Source: an uncultured Lachnospiraceae bacterium (GTDB taxonomy: Bacteria > Bacillota > Clostridia > Oscillospirales > CAG-272). From it: 64,000 nucleotides of DNA. Under the pieces are notes generated by a model that did not search any database, had not been told where the DNA came from, and saw only the letters and a program-made list of their open reading frames with translations. The position numbers and the translations under genes are program-made. How positions within the stretch are numbered: the first letter of the stretch is position 1; every line of letters starts with the position of its first letter. The DNA is taken from assembly GCA_964490165.1 (NCBI GenBank), contig CAZBAR010000002.1:74176-138175 (forward strand). The letters are read 5' to 3'. Shown here one piece after another: positions 46,729 to 56,086 of this stretch.

Positions 46729-47301
46729 ATGAAGCTTTTAGAAGACAGAATAAGAAAAGACGGCAAGATCGGCGAGGGTGAAGTCCTTAAGGTAGACAGC
46801 TTTCTTAATCATCAGATAGATGTCGGCTTTATATGCGAGCTTGGCCGTGAGTTTCACCGTCTTTATGAAGGTGAGGGCGTTACTAAGGTGCTTACTATTG
46901 AAGCGTCCGGTATCGGCATTGCCTGCCTTACTGCACAGTATTTTGGTGTGCCTGTTGTATTTGCCAAAAAGACTAAGACAAATAATATATACGCCGATGT
47001 GTATACATCAAAGGTAGACTCCTATACTCATAAGACTACATACGATATAGTCGTTTCCAAAGAGTTCATTTCTCCTGACGACAAGGTTTTGATCATAGAC
47101 GATTTTCTTGCAAAGGGAAGTGCGCTTACGGCGCTTATATCCCTGGTGAACGATGCGGGTGCTGAGGTAGTAGGCTGCGGAATTGCTATTGAAAAGGCAT
47201 ATCAGCCCGGCGGCGAGCTTATCAGATCTACAGGAGTCAGAGTAGAGTCTCTGGCAAGGATCAAAACAATGAGCGTTGCGGGCGGAGTGGAATTCTGCTG
47301 A
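46729..47301 (+). CDS. xpt: xanthine phosphoribosyltransferase
   Basis: MKLLEDRIRKDGKI..VLKVDSFLNHQID N-terminus and PRPP motif VLIIDDFLAKGS. Confidence 0.9.
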   Translation: MKLLEDRIRKDGKIGEGEVLKVDSFLNHQIDVGFICELGREFHRLYEGEGVTKVLTIEASGIGIACLTAQYFGVPVVFAKKTKTNNIYADVYTSKVDSYTHKTTYDIVVSKEFISPDDKVLIIDDFLAKGSALTALISLVNDAGAEVVGCGIAIEKAYQPGGELIRSTGVRVESLARIKTMSVAGGVEFC

Positions 47302-47362
47302 GTGTATTTTATGAGAGGCTAACTCTCTAAAAATAAAAATTATTTTATTGGAGGAACAACCA

Positions 47363-48619
47363 ATGAACAGAAAAATTCTTGCATTGCTTCTTGTTGTTGC
47401 AACTGTTTTCTGTATGTGCGCTTTTGCATCCTGTGCAAATACCACAGATGAGGGCAAGGATGTGGACACTAAGGATACTGCTGACAACGACAGCAAGACC
47501 GGTGTAGCAAAGGAAGACTTTAAGATCGGCTTCATTTGCCTGCATGACGAGAACTCTACCTATGACAACAACTTTATCGAAGCTGCTAAGGCTGCTCAGA
47601 AAAAGCTCGGACTTACTGATGATCAGGTTGTTATCAGAACCGGCGTTCCTGAAGGCGAGGATTGCTACAACGCTGCTGCTGAGCTTGCAGACTCAGGCTG
47701 CAATATCGTTTTTGCAGACTCTTTCGGTCATGAAAGCTACATGATCCAGGCTGCTGAAGAATTCCCCGATGTTGAGTTCTGCCACGCTACAGGTACTCAG
47801 TCAAGACAGGTAAAGCTTGACAACTATCATAACGCATTCGCTTCTATCTACGAGGGCAGATACCTTGCAGGTATTGCTGCTGGTATGAAGCTTAATGAGA
47901 TGATCGAGAACGGAACTATCAAGCCCGAAGAGGCTAAGATCGGTTATGTAGGTGCATGGCCTTATGCAGAGGTTAAGTCCGGATACACATCCTTCTTCCT
48001 CGGCGCTCGTTCTGTTTGCGAAACTGCTACAATGGACGTAACCTACACCAACTCATGGTTCGATATCGGACTTGAGAGAGAGGCTGCTTTGAAGCTTATC
48101 AACGACGGATGCGTTCTTATCAGCCAGCACGCTGACTCCGAGGGTGCGCCTAAGGCTTGTGAGGAAAAGGGCGTTCCTAACGTTGCTTACAATATCAGCA
48201 CTATCTCCATGGGTCCCACAACCGCGCTTATTTCTTCCAAGATCAACTGGGAGCCTTACTTTGAGCTTATCATAAACGCTGTTCTGGACGGCGAGGCGAT
48301 TCCTACCGACTGGTGCGGTACTATTGCAACCGGCTCTGTTGTTCTTACTGAGCTTAACGATGCTGTTGCTGCCGAGGGTACAAAGGAAGCTATCGAAGAA
48401 GCACAGGCTAAGATCGAGGCAGGCGAGCTGAAGGTATTTGATACCTCTACATTCACTGTTGACGGTAAGACTCTTACAGAGTACCTTGCTGACGTTGACG
48501 GCGACTTTACCGGCGAGACAAACGTTATTGTTGACGGCGAGTTCAAGGAGTCCGGAGACGAATTCAGAAGTGCTCCTTACTTTGATATTATAATCGACGG
48601 CGTAAACGCTGCTGAGTAA
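47363..48619 (+). CDS. BMP-family (PnrA/Med-like) nucleoside-binding lipoprotein
   Basis: Lipobox FASC. BMP-family segments (IGFICLHDENSTYDNNF, GYVGAWPYAEV). Start at 47363. Confidence 0.85.
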   Translation: MNRKILALLLVVATVFCMCAFASCANTTDEGKDVDTKDTADNDSKTGVAKEDFKIGFICLHDENSTYDNNFIEAAKAAQKKLGLTDDQVVIRTGVPEGEDCYNAAAELADSGCNIVFADSFGHESYMIQAAEEFPDVEFCHATGTQSRQVKLDNYHNAFASIYEGRYLAGIAAGMKLNEMIENGTIKPEEAKIGYVGAWPYAEVKSGYTSFFLGARSVCETATMDVTYTNSWFDIGLEREAALKLINDGCVLISQHADSEGAPKACEEKGVPNVAYNISTISMGPTTALISSKINWEPYFELIINAVLDGEAIPTDWCGTIATGSVVLTELNDAVAAEGTKEAIEEAQAKIEAGELKVFDTSTFTVDGKTLTEYLADVDGDFTGETNVIVDGEFKESGDEFRSAPYFDIIIDGVNAAE

Positions 48620-48742
48620 ACTTTTAGGTTTTGGGCGGAGCTGAAAAATGCTCCGCCTAAACTGCTTTTTAATTTTGAAAAGAAAATATATGCTGCGTCC
48701 ATATGCTTTCTTTTGAGAATTAGAAACGGAGGTTTTTGACGG

Positions 48743-50287
48743 GTGACAAATTCTGCAATAGAGCTGAAAAGCATAACTAAACGCTTCGGAAATGTTGTAG
48801 CCAATAATAATGTCAGTCTTTCGGTAAATAAAGGCGAAATACTGTCACTTCTCGGCGAGAACGGAAGCGGTAAAACTACCCTAATGAATATGATATCGGG
48901 TATTTATTATCCCGATGAGGGTGAAATATTTATTAACGGAGAGCCCGTTGTAATACGTTCGCCTAAGGATGCTTTTGACTATAAAATAGGTATGATACAT
49001 CAGCATTTTAAGCTGGTAGACGTTTTCAGCGCAACTGAAAATATTATTCTCGGACTGGACGATAAAAAGGCGTTTAATTTGAAATCCGCAGCTGCTCGCG
49101 TACGTGAGATATGCGAGAAATACGGCTTTGAGATCGATGCCGATAAAAAGGTATATGAAATGTCCGTATCCGAAAAGCAGACTGTGGAGATAATCAAGGT
49201 GCTTTTCCGCGGCGCAGATATCCTTATATTGGACGAGCCTACGGCAGTCTTGACTCCGCAGGAAACTGACAAGCTGTTTGCTGTTCTTCGCCGTATGAGA
49301 GATGACGGAAAGGCTATAATTATAATTACGCATAAGCTGCATGAGGTACTTTCGCTTTCCGACAGAGTGTCTGTTCTCAGAAAAGGTGAATACATAGGAA
49401 CGGTAAATACATCTGAAACTGATGAAAGCCAGCTTACTGAAATGATGGTGGGTAAAAAGATCACCCTTAACATTGAGCGCGGAGAAGCTGAATTCCCGCG
49501 TGACAGACTTATAGTAGACGGTGTAAATTGCATAAGCCATGAAGGTGTAAAGCTTCTTGACAATGTTTCGTTTACTGCGAGAAGCGGGGAAATACTGGGT
49601 GTTGCAGGTATCGCCGGCAGTGGTCAGCGCGAGCTGCTTGAGGCTATTGCAGGACTTCAGCATATTGACAGCGGAGATATAGTATATAACAACCCCAAAA
49701 CAGGTAAGGCAGACAGCCTGCGCGATAAGACACCTTCTCAGATCAGAGATCTCGGAGTGCGCCTGTCATTTGTCCCTGAGGACAGACTGGGTATGGGACT
49801 TGTGGGCAATATGGACATCGTCGATAACATGATGCTGCGTTCCTATAAAAAGGGAAGATCGGCATTTTTGCACCGTAAGCCTTCAAGAGATCTTGCCGAA
49901 ACGATCATACACGATCTGGAGGTCGTTACCCCCAGTGCAAGCACTCCCGTTCGCCGCCTTTCCGGTGGTAACGTTCAGAAGGTGCTTGTGGGACGTGAAA
50001 TTTCAGCATCTCCTACAGTGCTTATGGCTGCATATCCTGTTCGCGGACTTGATATCAACTCATCATACGCTATATACGATCTCTTAAATCAGCAGAAGAA
50101 GAGCGGAGTGGCTGTTATTTTTGTGGGCGAGGATCTGGACGTTCTTCTTGAGCTTTGCGACCGCATTATGGTTATCAGCTCAGGCAAGGTTACCGGTGTT
50201 GTTGACGCAAGAACTGCTACTAAGGAGCAGATAGGTCTGCTTATGACTAAGGCAACTAAAACGGAGGGAGGAAAGTCAGATGAATAA
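48743..50287 (+). CDS. ABC transporter ATP-binding protein with two fused ATPase domains (nucleoside/sugar type)
   Basis: GTG start. Walker A GENGSGKTT. Second domain has LSGGNVQK. Confidence 0.85.
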   Translation: MTNSAIELKSITKRFGNVVANNNVSLSVNKGEILSLLGENGSGKTTLMNMISGIYYPDEGEIFINGEPVVIRSPKDAFDYKIGMIHQHFKLVDVFSATENIILGLDDKKAFNLKSAAARVREICEKYGFEIDADKKVYEMSVSEKQTVEIIKVLFRGADILILDEPTAVLTPQETDKLFAVLRRMRDDGKAIIIITHKLHEVLSLSDRVSVLRKGEYIGTVNTSETDESQLTEMMVGKKITLNIERGEAEFPRDRLIVDGVNCISHEGVKLLDNVSFTARSGEILGVAGIAGSGQRELLEAIAGLQHIDSGDIVYNNPKTGKADSLRDKTPSQIRDLGVRLSFVPEDRLGMGLVGNMDIVDNMMLRSYKKGRSAFLHRKPSRDLAETIIHDLEVVTPSASTPVRRLSGGNVQKVLVGREISASPTVLMAAYPVRGLDINSSYAIYDLLNQQKKSGVAVIFVGEDLDVLLELCDRIMVISSGKVTGVVDARTATKEQIGLLMTKATKTEGGKSDE

Positions 50288-51386
50288 AACGGAAAAGCAC
50301 GTGCATGAACCGCTTGTCCATATAACAAAGCGCGATGCAATGCCCGTATGGAAATCAATACTGGTGCGCGCTGTAGCAATACTTCTGGCACTTGTAGTGT
50401 GCTCCGCTGTTATAGTAATGCTTACAGGGCTTAACCCTCTTGCAGTGTATAAAGCTATGTTTGAGGGCAGCTTCGGAACCTCCAGAAAAACGCTGGTACT
50501 GTTTCAGAATTTAGCAATGCTGCTTTGTATATCTCTTGCAGTAACTCCTGCGTTTAAGATGCGATTTTGGAACCTTGGCGCAGAGGGACAGGTGCTTGTA
50601 GGTGCGCTTGCTACTGCTGCGTGTATGTTCTACTTAAAGGACAGCCTTCCTGCACCGCTTATGATACTGCTTATGCTTGCAGTAAGCCTGGCATCAGGTA
50701 TAGTCTGGGCTGTAATTCCTGCCTTGTTCAAAGCAAAATGGAATACTAATGAAACTCTTTTCACCCTTATGATGAACTATGTTGCAATACAGCTTGTTTG
50801 CTTCTATATCATGAAATGGGTTCCCAGCGGCTCAAGCGTAATGGGCGTTATCAACAGAACAAATCACGGCGGATGGCTGCCCGATATCTTCGGTCAGAAA
50901 TATTTGCTTAATATAGTAATAGTTGCAGTGCTTACTGTTGCAATGTACATTTACTTGAAGTTCTCAAAGCACGGATATGAAATATCCGTAGTCGGTGAGA
51001 GTGAAAATACTGCAAGATACATCGGCATCAACGTGAAGAAAGTAATTATCAGAACGCTGGTGCTCTCAGGCGCTGTGTGCGGTATCGCCGGATTTTTGCT
51101 TGTGGCCGGAACAAACCACACGGTATCAAAGGATATTGCCGGCGGTATGGGCTTTACGGCTGTAATGGTGTCATGGCTGGCTAAGTTCAATCCGCTGTTT
51201 ATGGTGCTTACCTCTTTCCTCATCGTGTTCCTGCAAAAGGGTGCAGGAGAGATCGCAACTGCATTCAGACTCAATAACAGCGTTTCTGATATAGTTACGG
51301 GTATTATTCTGTTCTTTATTATCGGATGTGAGTTCTTTATTAACTATAAGATCAATTTCAGATCAAAGCATAAGGAGGTAAAATAA
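50280..51386 (+). CDS. ABC transporter permease
   Basis: 8-nt overlap with the ATPase gene. Multi-TM protein. Confidence 0.8.
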   Translation: MNKTEKHVHEPLVHITKRDAMPVWKSILVRAVAILLALVVCSAVIVMLTGLNPLAVYKAMFEGSFGTSRKTLVLFQNLAMLLCISLAVTPAFKMRFWNLGAEGQVLVGALATAACMFYLKDSLPAPLMILLMLAVSLASGIVWAVIPALFKAKWNTNETLFTLMMNYVAIQLVCFYIMKWVPSGSSVMGVINRTNHGGWLPDIFGQKYLLNIVIVAVLTVAMYIYLKFSKHGYEISVVGESENTARYIGINVKKVIIRTLVLSGAVCGIAGFLLVAGTNHTVSKDIAGGMGFTAVMVSWLAKFNPLFMVLTSFLIVFLQKGAGEIATAFRLNNSVSDIVTGIILFFIIGCEFFINYKINFRSKHKEVK

Positions 51387-51387
51387 G

Positions 51388-52371
51388 ATGATAGGTACTA
51401 TTGCTTCATTTATCTCCGCTACAATAATTCAGGGCACACCGCTGCTGTTCGGCTCTGTCGGTGAGATCGTAACTGAAAAAAGCGGCAACCTGAATCTGGG
51501 TATTCCGGGTATTATGTACATGGGCGGCATTTCAGGCATTATCGGCGGCTATTTGTATGAGCATTATACCGAAGAACCTGTAGCTGCTCTTTGCATCTTA
51601 ATTCCGCTGTTGTCAACTCTTATAGGTTCGGGACTTCTTGCGCTGATATATAGCTTTCTTACTATAACACTGCGTGCAAATCAGAATGTTACCGGTCTTG
51701 CGCTTACAACCTTCGGTGTGGGTATCGGAAACTTCTTCGGCGGTTCGCTCCTCAGCTTTTTTGGTGAGAGCGGTTCTATTGCGCTTCATGCGTGCGGCAG
51801 CGCGTATAAGGCAAAGCTGCCATTTGCCGCCGATCTCGGACTGTTCGGCGAAACTTTTCTGTCTTTCGGATTTCTTGTATATCTTGCGCTTGTTATTGCA
51901 ATACTTGCGCAGTGGGTGCTTATGCGTACACGTGTAGGCTTGAATCTGCGCGCCGTAGGTGAAAACCCCGCGACTGCAGATGCAGCCGGAATTAACGTTA
52001 CAAGATATAAGTACCTTGCAACTATAATCGGCGGTGATATTGCAGGTCTGGGCGGTCTGTTCTTCGTTATGGACTATACAGCGGGCGCGTGGACGAATAA
52101 CGGCTTCGGAGACCGCGGCTGGCTTGCTATTGCTATCGTAATATTCGCTCTGTGGAAGCCTAAAATGGCGATTCCTGCGTCGTATCTTTTCGGAGGCTTG
52201 TACATTATCTGTGTGTATATCCCCGGACTGTCCTCAAGTACAAAGGAAATAATCAAAATGCTTCCGTATATCGTAACTATCGTGGTACTTATTATTACCA
52301 GTCTCCGCAAAAAGAGAGAAAATCAACCTCCGCAGAGCTTGGGACTTTCGTATTTCAGAGAAGAGAGATAA
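51388..52371 (+). CDS. ABC transporter permease
   Basis: Starts 2 nt after the previous stop. Multi-TM protein. Confidence 0.8.
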   Translation: MIGTIASFISATIIQGTPLLFGSVGEIVTEKSGNLNLGIPGIMYMGGISGIIGGYLYEHYTEEPVAALCILIPLLSTLIGSGLLALIYSFLTITLRANQNVTGLALTTFGVGIGNFFGGSLLSFFGESGSIALHACGSAYKAKLPFAADLGLFGETFLSFGFLVYLALVIAILAQWVLMRTRVGLNLRAVGENPATADAAGINVTRYKYLATIIGGDIAGLGGLFFVMDYTAGAWTNNGFGDRGWLAIAIVIFALWKPKMAIPASYLFGGLYIICVYIPGLSSSTKEIIKMLPYIVTIVVLIITSLRKKRENQPPQSLGLSYFREER

Positions 52372-52380
52372 ATTAAAAAG

Positions 52381-52409
52381 ATATGGGGCACAATGCTCCA
52401 TATCTTTTT
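52381..52409 (+). terminator. terminator of the xpt/nucleoside-uptake operon
   Basis: ATATGGGGCA-caa-TGCTCCATAT (one G-U pair) followed by CTTTTTC. Confidence 0.6.
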
Positions 52410-52428
52410 CAATACGGTGAAAATAAAT

Positions 52429-52959
52429 ATGAGTAAAATACTTGGGTCATGGAGCGCTATGCGCAAATATCTTGAAGATGAAATGCTGGCGGACAGTCTT
52501 CGCAGTAGGGTCAGGTACAACTGTACTGAGTATGTTGGAATGGACGGCTGCCGCGTTTTTGAGCTGTTTATTGACGGTAAGTGTGTAAAGCGCTTTTCCC
52601 ATGAGACGCTTAATTCTTATTTCATAAACCACGGGATGAAAGAAAATAATGAACCGCGCGGCAGAGCTGAATACTGGGACGGGTACTGGCAGATATATAA
52701 AAACACGCCTATGCATCAAAGGGAAGAGTATACTGACGAGGAGTTTTGCGAAGCGCTGAAAATATACAGGGAGAGCGATATCGGTGACAGTATTCGCTCA
52801 AGCGACCCGATAGTGAGAATGTTTGCGGTTCTTGACAGGCGCGTGGGAAAGAGAAGACTTGAGAGGCTCAAGGCGACTGTCAGCTGTCAGCCGAGCTGGC
52901 TGAGAATAATATATGAACTTAGATTTGAAGCAGAAAAATCACATGTTTGTCATTCCTGA
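52429..52959 (+). CDS. hypothetical cytoplasmic protein
   Basis: I prefer ATG 52429 because the track start at 52393 lies inside the terminator. No family confidently recognised. Confidence 0.45.
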   Translation: MSKILGSWSAMRKYLEDEMLADSLRSRVRYNCTEYVGMDGCRVFELFIDGKCVKRFSHETLNSYFINHGMKENNEPRGRAEYWDGYWQIYKNTPMHQREEYTDEEFCEALKIYRESDIGDSIRSSDPIVRMFAVLDRRVGKRRLERLKATVSCQPSWLRIIYELRFEAEKSHVCHS

Positions 52960-52975
52960 CAAACATGTGATTTTT
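52936..52975. terminator. bidirectional terminator overlapping both convergent stop codons
   Basis: AAAATCACATGTTTGTCA-ttcc-TGACAAACATGTGATTTT perfect stem. Confidence 0.8.
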
Positions 52976-53669
52976 ATAGTATTGCTCTGTAATCTATTCC
53001 GTTAGTAAGCCGATCAATAATATTATCCGCTGCAAATATAATAAAATCATACGCTGTATTGTAATCATAGTACATAGCTGTGTCTTCAGCAGCATTTCCA
53101 TTCAGAAAAGTGTTAATGGTCCACCATTTGCTGCTGTTTATTTCCGCAGATGAAATATAATCTTTTATTTCATAATCCCACACAGCGTTAAGCAGTTGTT
53201 TAGCTTCTTCTTTGAACGGATACTTTTTAACAACCATATGATCTACACTTTCTATATCACTGAGGATGCCCCTTGCAAAAAGAGGATCACCTTCTTTGAT
53301 ACCGTCCCTTTCCATGCATTTTGATAACTGCTTACGAATATGAATGTTGAACAATTCATCGGTTATCAGATGGATAATATAACCTAAATACAGATCGGAA
53401 AATTTATCGTTCGGGTCGTAATAAGTGTCAATGAATGAATTTACTCTTTCATGGAAGATCGAAAGCTTTTCGGGATCTTGAAAATCGCCTCCGGAGATAT
53501 TCTCGGTAAGGTGCGTTCTTTTTTTATCCGAACGCTGATAGCCGGGTTTTGCATGAATTGCGTCAGGAGCTATATTTCCCGAGTAAAACAAAGCCGGATC
53601 TGTAATTCTGTTTCCGATAAGCTCATAGATCCTATCGGCAATTGCTAAATGTGTAGCCGTTCCTGCCAT
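52974..53669 (-). CDS. zinc-dependent phospholipase C-like / H-x-x-x-D-type hydrolase family protein (tentative)
   Basis: N-terminal GTATHLAIADRI, APDAIH and HLITDE histidine/aspartate motifs. Low-GC gene. Confidence 0.5.
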   Translation of the reverse strand: MAGTATHLAIADRIYELIGNRITDPALFYSGNIAPDAIHAKPGYQRSDKKRTHLTENISGGDFQDPEKLSIFHERVNSFIDTYYDPNDKFSDLYLGYIIHLITDELFNIHIRKQLSKCMERDGIKEGDPLFARGILSDIESVDHMVVKKYPFKEEAKQLLNAVWDYEIKDYISSAEINSSKWWTINTFLNGNAAEDTAMYYDYNTAYDFIIFAADNIIDRLTNGIDYRAIL

Positions 53670-53740
53670 GGTAATGTCTCCTTTATTTACAGATAAATTT
53701 TATACAATCGGTTCTACGAGGGCAGTGTACCTGAAAAATG

Positions 53741-54286
53741 CTAATGCGTTTCCTTCCACACCCGATTGTTTTCAATCAACTCCTCAAGAGTTACAGGTTC
53801 AAAATGATTTATGTCCACACCGGCATTCAATACGAGCGGGCGTATTTTTAAGAGCGGCCAATAATCAGCCGTAGTGTCATTGTGAATATGACCGTGAATA
53901 TGGTAATGCGTCGCCTTGTGCTTGTATGTCACCAGAGGATAATGGCACAATGTCATTCCGTGCCCCGAAATTGAAGTTTCAAGAAGCGTCTCAATACCGT
54001 TAAAACGGTATTTTGCATCATGGCAGTTGTCAAGCCAGCTTTTGTCGTGGTTTCCCCGAATAAGATATTTTTTTCCCTTTAAGCGTGATAGAATGCTTTC
54101 TACGCTTGACGCTTCGCATCGGTAAAACATATCTCCGAGTACATATACGGTATCGTTTCCTCGAACCTTGCGATTCCAGTTATTTATAAGAGCCTCGTTC
54201 ATTTCCTGAATATCGCCGAAAGGGCGGCGGCACATTTCAATGATGTTGCAATGTCCGAAATGAGTATCTGCAATGAAATATGTCAT
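53741..54286 (-). CDS. metallophosphoesterase (calcineurin-like)
   Basis: ADTHFGH, GDMF, GNHD and HGHIH motifs. Confidence 0.8.
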   Translation of the reverse strand: MTYFIADTHFGHCNIIEMCRRPFGDIQEMNEALINNWNRKVRGNDTVYVLGDMFYRCEASSVESILSRLKGKKYLIRGNHDKSWLDNCHDAKYRFNGIETLLETSISGHGMTLCHYPLVTYKHKATHYHIHGHIHNDTTADYWPLLKIRPLVLNAGVDINHFEPVTLEELIENNRVWKETH

Positions 54287-54331
54287 CTTTATAACTGAGC
54301 CTTTCTTTTGGTCTGCTTGGCTATATGGATC

Positions 54332-55093
54332 TCAATATATAACCACCGGCGCGGTGCTGTATATCTCAACATACGCGCCTGTCATTGCTTTTGCAAGCTT
54401 TTCAAGCTGTGCGCAAACGGGAAACTCTGTATGATAGTGTCCCGCACCTATAATGTTTATTCCGTTCTCGGAAAAGTCCATACCTTCGTCGTGTTTTACT
54501 TCACCTGTTATGAGAGTATCGGCTCCGTATTTTTTTGCAGCCGCGGCAAAGTCGCCTCCGCTGCCGCCAACTACTGCAATGCGGCGGGTAGGAAGATCGC
54601 CGTATGTCAGAACAGCCGAAATACCAAGAGCTTTTTTTATCACCTCGGCAAGCTCGGATACGGTTTTCACATCTGTTGTTCCTATTCTGCCAAGGGTTGG
54701 ACTTTCCTCATCACCGAAGACTGCCACATCATAAAGACCAAGAGCATCGCACAGGGCATCGTTCACTCCGCCCACTCCGGCGTCAAGCCGTGTGTGCAGT
54801 GAAATTACTGATATACCTGCGCTGAGAGCGGAAATGACCCTGCGGCTTACGACCTCACTGTCTGTTATGCTTTTCAGTCCATGAAATATCATAGGGTGAT
54901 GTGTGAGAAGTGTATCAAAACCGTTTTCTGCCGCGTAGTTGATCGCCGCCATTGATGCGTCCAGCGCTACGAGAACGCGGCGCACCTCTTTGTTTTCATC
55001 GGCGCAGCACATAAGTCCGTCGTTGTCCCATGGGCTTGACAGGGAAGTGGGATACAGCTCGGAAAGGTTGTTATAGAATTCTTTTACTGTCAT
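54332..55093 (-). CDS. Nif3-like dinuclear metal centre protein
   Basis: LTHHP motif. Canonical position downstream of trmK. Confidence 0.85.
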   Translation of the reverse strand: MTVKEFYNNLSELYPTSLSSPWDNDGLMCCADENKEVRRVLVALDASMAAINYAAENGFDTLLTHHPMIFHGLKSITDSEVVSRRVISALSAGISVISLHTRLDAGVGGVNDALCDALGLYDVAVFGDEESPTLGRIGTTDVKTVSELAEVIKKALGISAVLTYGDLPTRRIAVVGGSGGDFAAAAKKYGADTLITGEVKHDEGMDFSENGINIIGAGHYHTEFPVCAQLEKLAKAMTGAYVEIYSTAPVVIY

Positions 55094-55106
55094 TTTTATT
55101 ATCCTT

Positions 55107-55805
55107 TTATTTGCAGGTGTCGTATATATTCATAAGCTCTGTGAGCAGCTTTTCCGCTGCATCAGTGTCAAGACCGCCTGCGCGCCTGCCCGCAAGCTCT
55201 TTTTCAGCCTTTTTTATGTACTTTTCAAGAAGTCTTGGATAGAGAGGATGACCGCGCAGCGGCTCGTCCGCAGTTCCTACAAGCGCTTCTGTCGGTGTAA
55301 GTGTTCGCGGTGCGCATCCGGTAAAGCGGCAGGCAATGCACTGATAAACCTTGCCGCCTGATATAGAAACAGCACCGTCGGTTATTTCATATCCCTCGCT
55401 GTACAGAAATTCGCGCAGCTTATGCACTGCCGACATAGGTTGCAGCACAAATCTGACGCCGTCGCGCGCTCTCGCGCACTCCGAAACTATCCTTGTCTCA
55501 AGCTCACCGCCCATACCGCATATAACTATATCGGTAACGCCTGTAAGGTCAACGCCCCTTGTACCGTCTGCAAGGTAAAAGGAAATTTTATCTGCCGCGC
55601 CGAAGGCTGCGGCGTTTTCTTTGGCATTGTCAAGAGGACCTTTGTTAATGTCAGCGGCAACGGCTCTGCTGCATTTCCCGGTATTCAAAAGGTAAATGGG
55701 GATATATGCGTGATCGGTTCCGATATCCGCCACCGTATCTCCTGTAACCATAGACGCTGCGCTCATAAGGCGGGCGTCAAGCTTTGGTATATTTAAGTTC
55801 TCCAT
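55107..55805 (-). CDS. trmK: tRNA (adenine22-N1)-methyltransferase
   Basis: LDARL...VADIGTDHAYIPIYL signature. Confidence 0.85.
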   Translation of the reverse strand: MENLNIPKLDARLMSAASMVTGDTVADIGTDHAYIPIYLLNTGKCSRAVAADINKGPLDNAKENAAAFGAADKISFYLADGTRGVDLTGVTDIVICGMGGELETRIVSECARARDGVRFVLQPMSAVHKLREFLYSEGYEITDGAVSISGGKVYQCIACRFTGCAPRTLTPTEALVGTADEPLRGHPLYPRLLEKYIKKAEKELAGRRAGGLDTDAAEKLLTELMNIYDTCK

Positions 55806-55825
55806 TTGTTCAAATAAAATAAAGC

Positions 55826-55846
55826 GCGGCAGACTGTGTCTGCCGC
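55826..55846 (-). terminator. terminator after the DUF1858 gene
   Basis: GCGGCAGAC-aca-GTCTGCCGC followed by GCTTTATTTTATTT on the minus strand. Confidence 0.65.
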
Positions 55847-55852
55847 TGCGGA

Positions 55853-56056
55853 TTACTCTTTAGACTTCAAAAAAGCGTTGATCTTTTCGCAAAGCTCGTC
55901 GGCATCGGTACCGTGTACCTCACACGCGTCTTCAATGCTCTCGCCTCTTGAATGGGGGCAGCCGAGACAGTGCATACCTATCTCAAAAAAGAACTGAGCA
56001 GTCTCAACGTCATAGTCAAGAATATCTCCGATAACTGTTTCTCTTGTAACTTCCAT
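55853..56056 (-). CDS. DUF1858 / hybrid-cluster-protein-associated redox disulfide domain protein
   Basis: IGDIL......FFFEIGMHCLGCP motif. 67 aa. Confidence 0.8.
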   Translation of the reverse strand: MEVTRETVIGDILDYDVETAQFFFEIGMHCLGCPHSRGESIEDACEVHGTDADELCEKINAFLKSKE

Positions 56057-56086
56057 TGTTTTATATCTCCTTTTTGTTTTGTGAAA

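Noticed and set aside
48634-48657. The hairpin GGCGGAGC-8 nt-GCTCCGCC after the BMP lipoprotein gene, as a terminator.
   Set aside because: It has no adjacent U-tract, and the ATPase and permease genes downstream need to be transcribed. It is more likely an mRNA-stabilising or weak attenuating stem that raises binding-protein expression. I did not annotate it as a feature.
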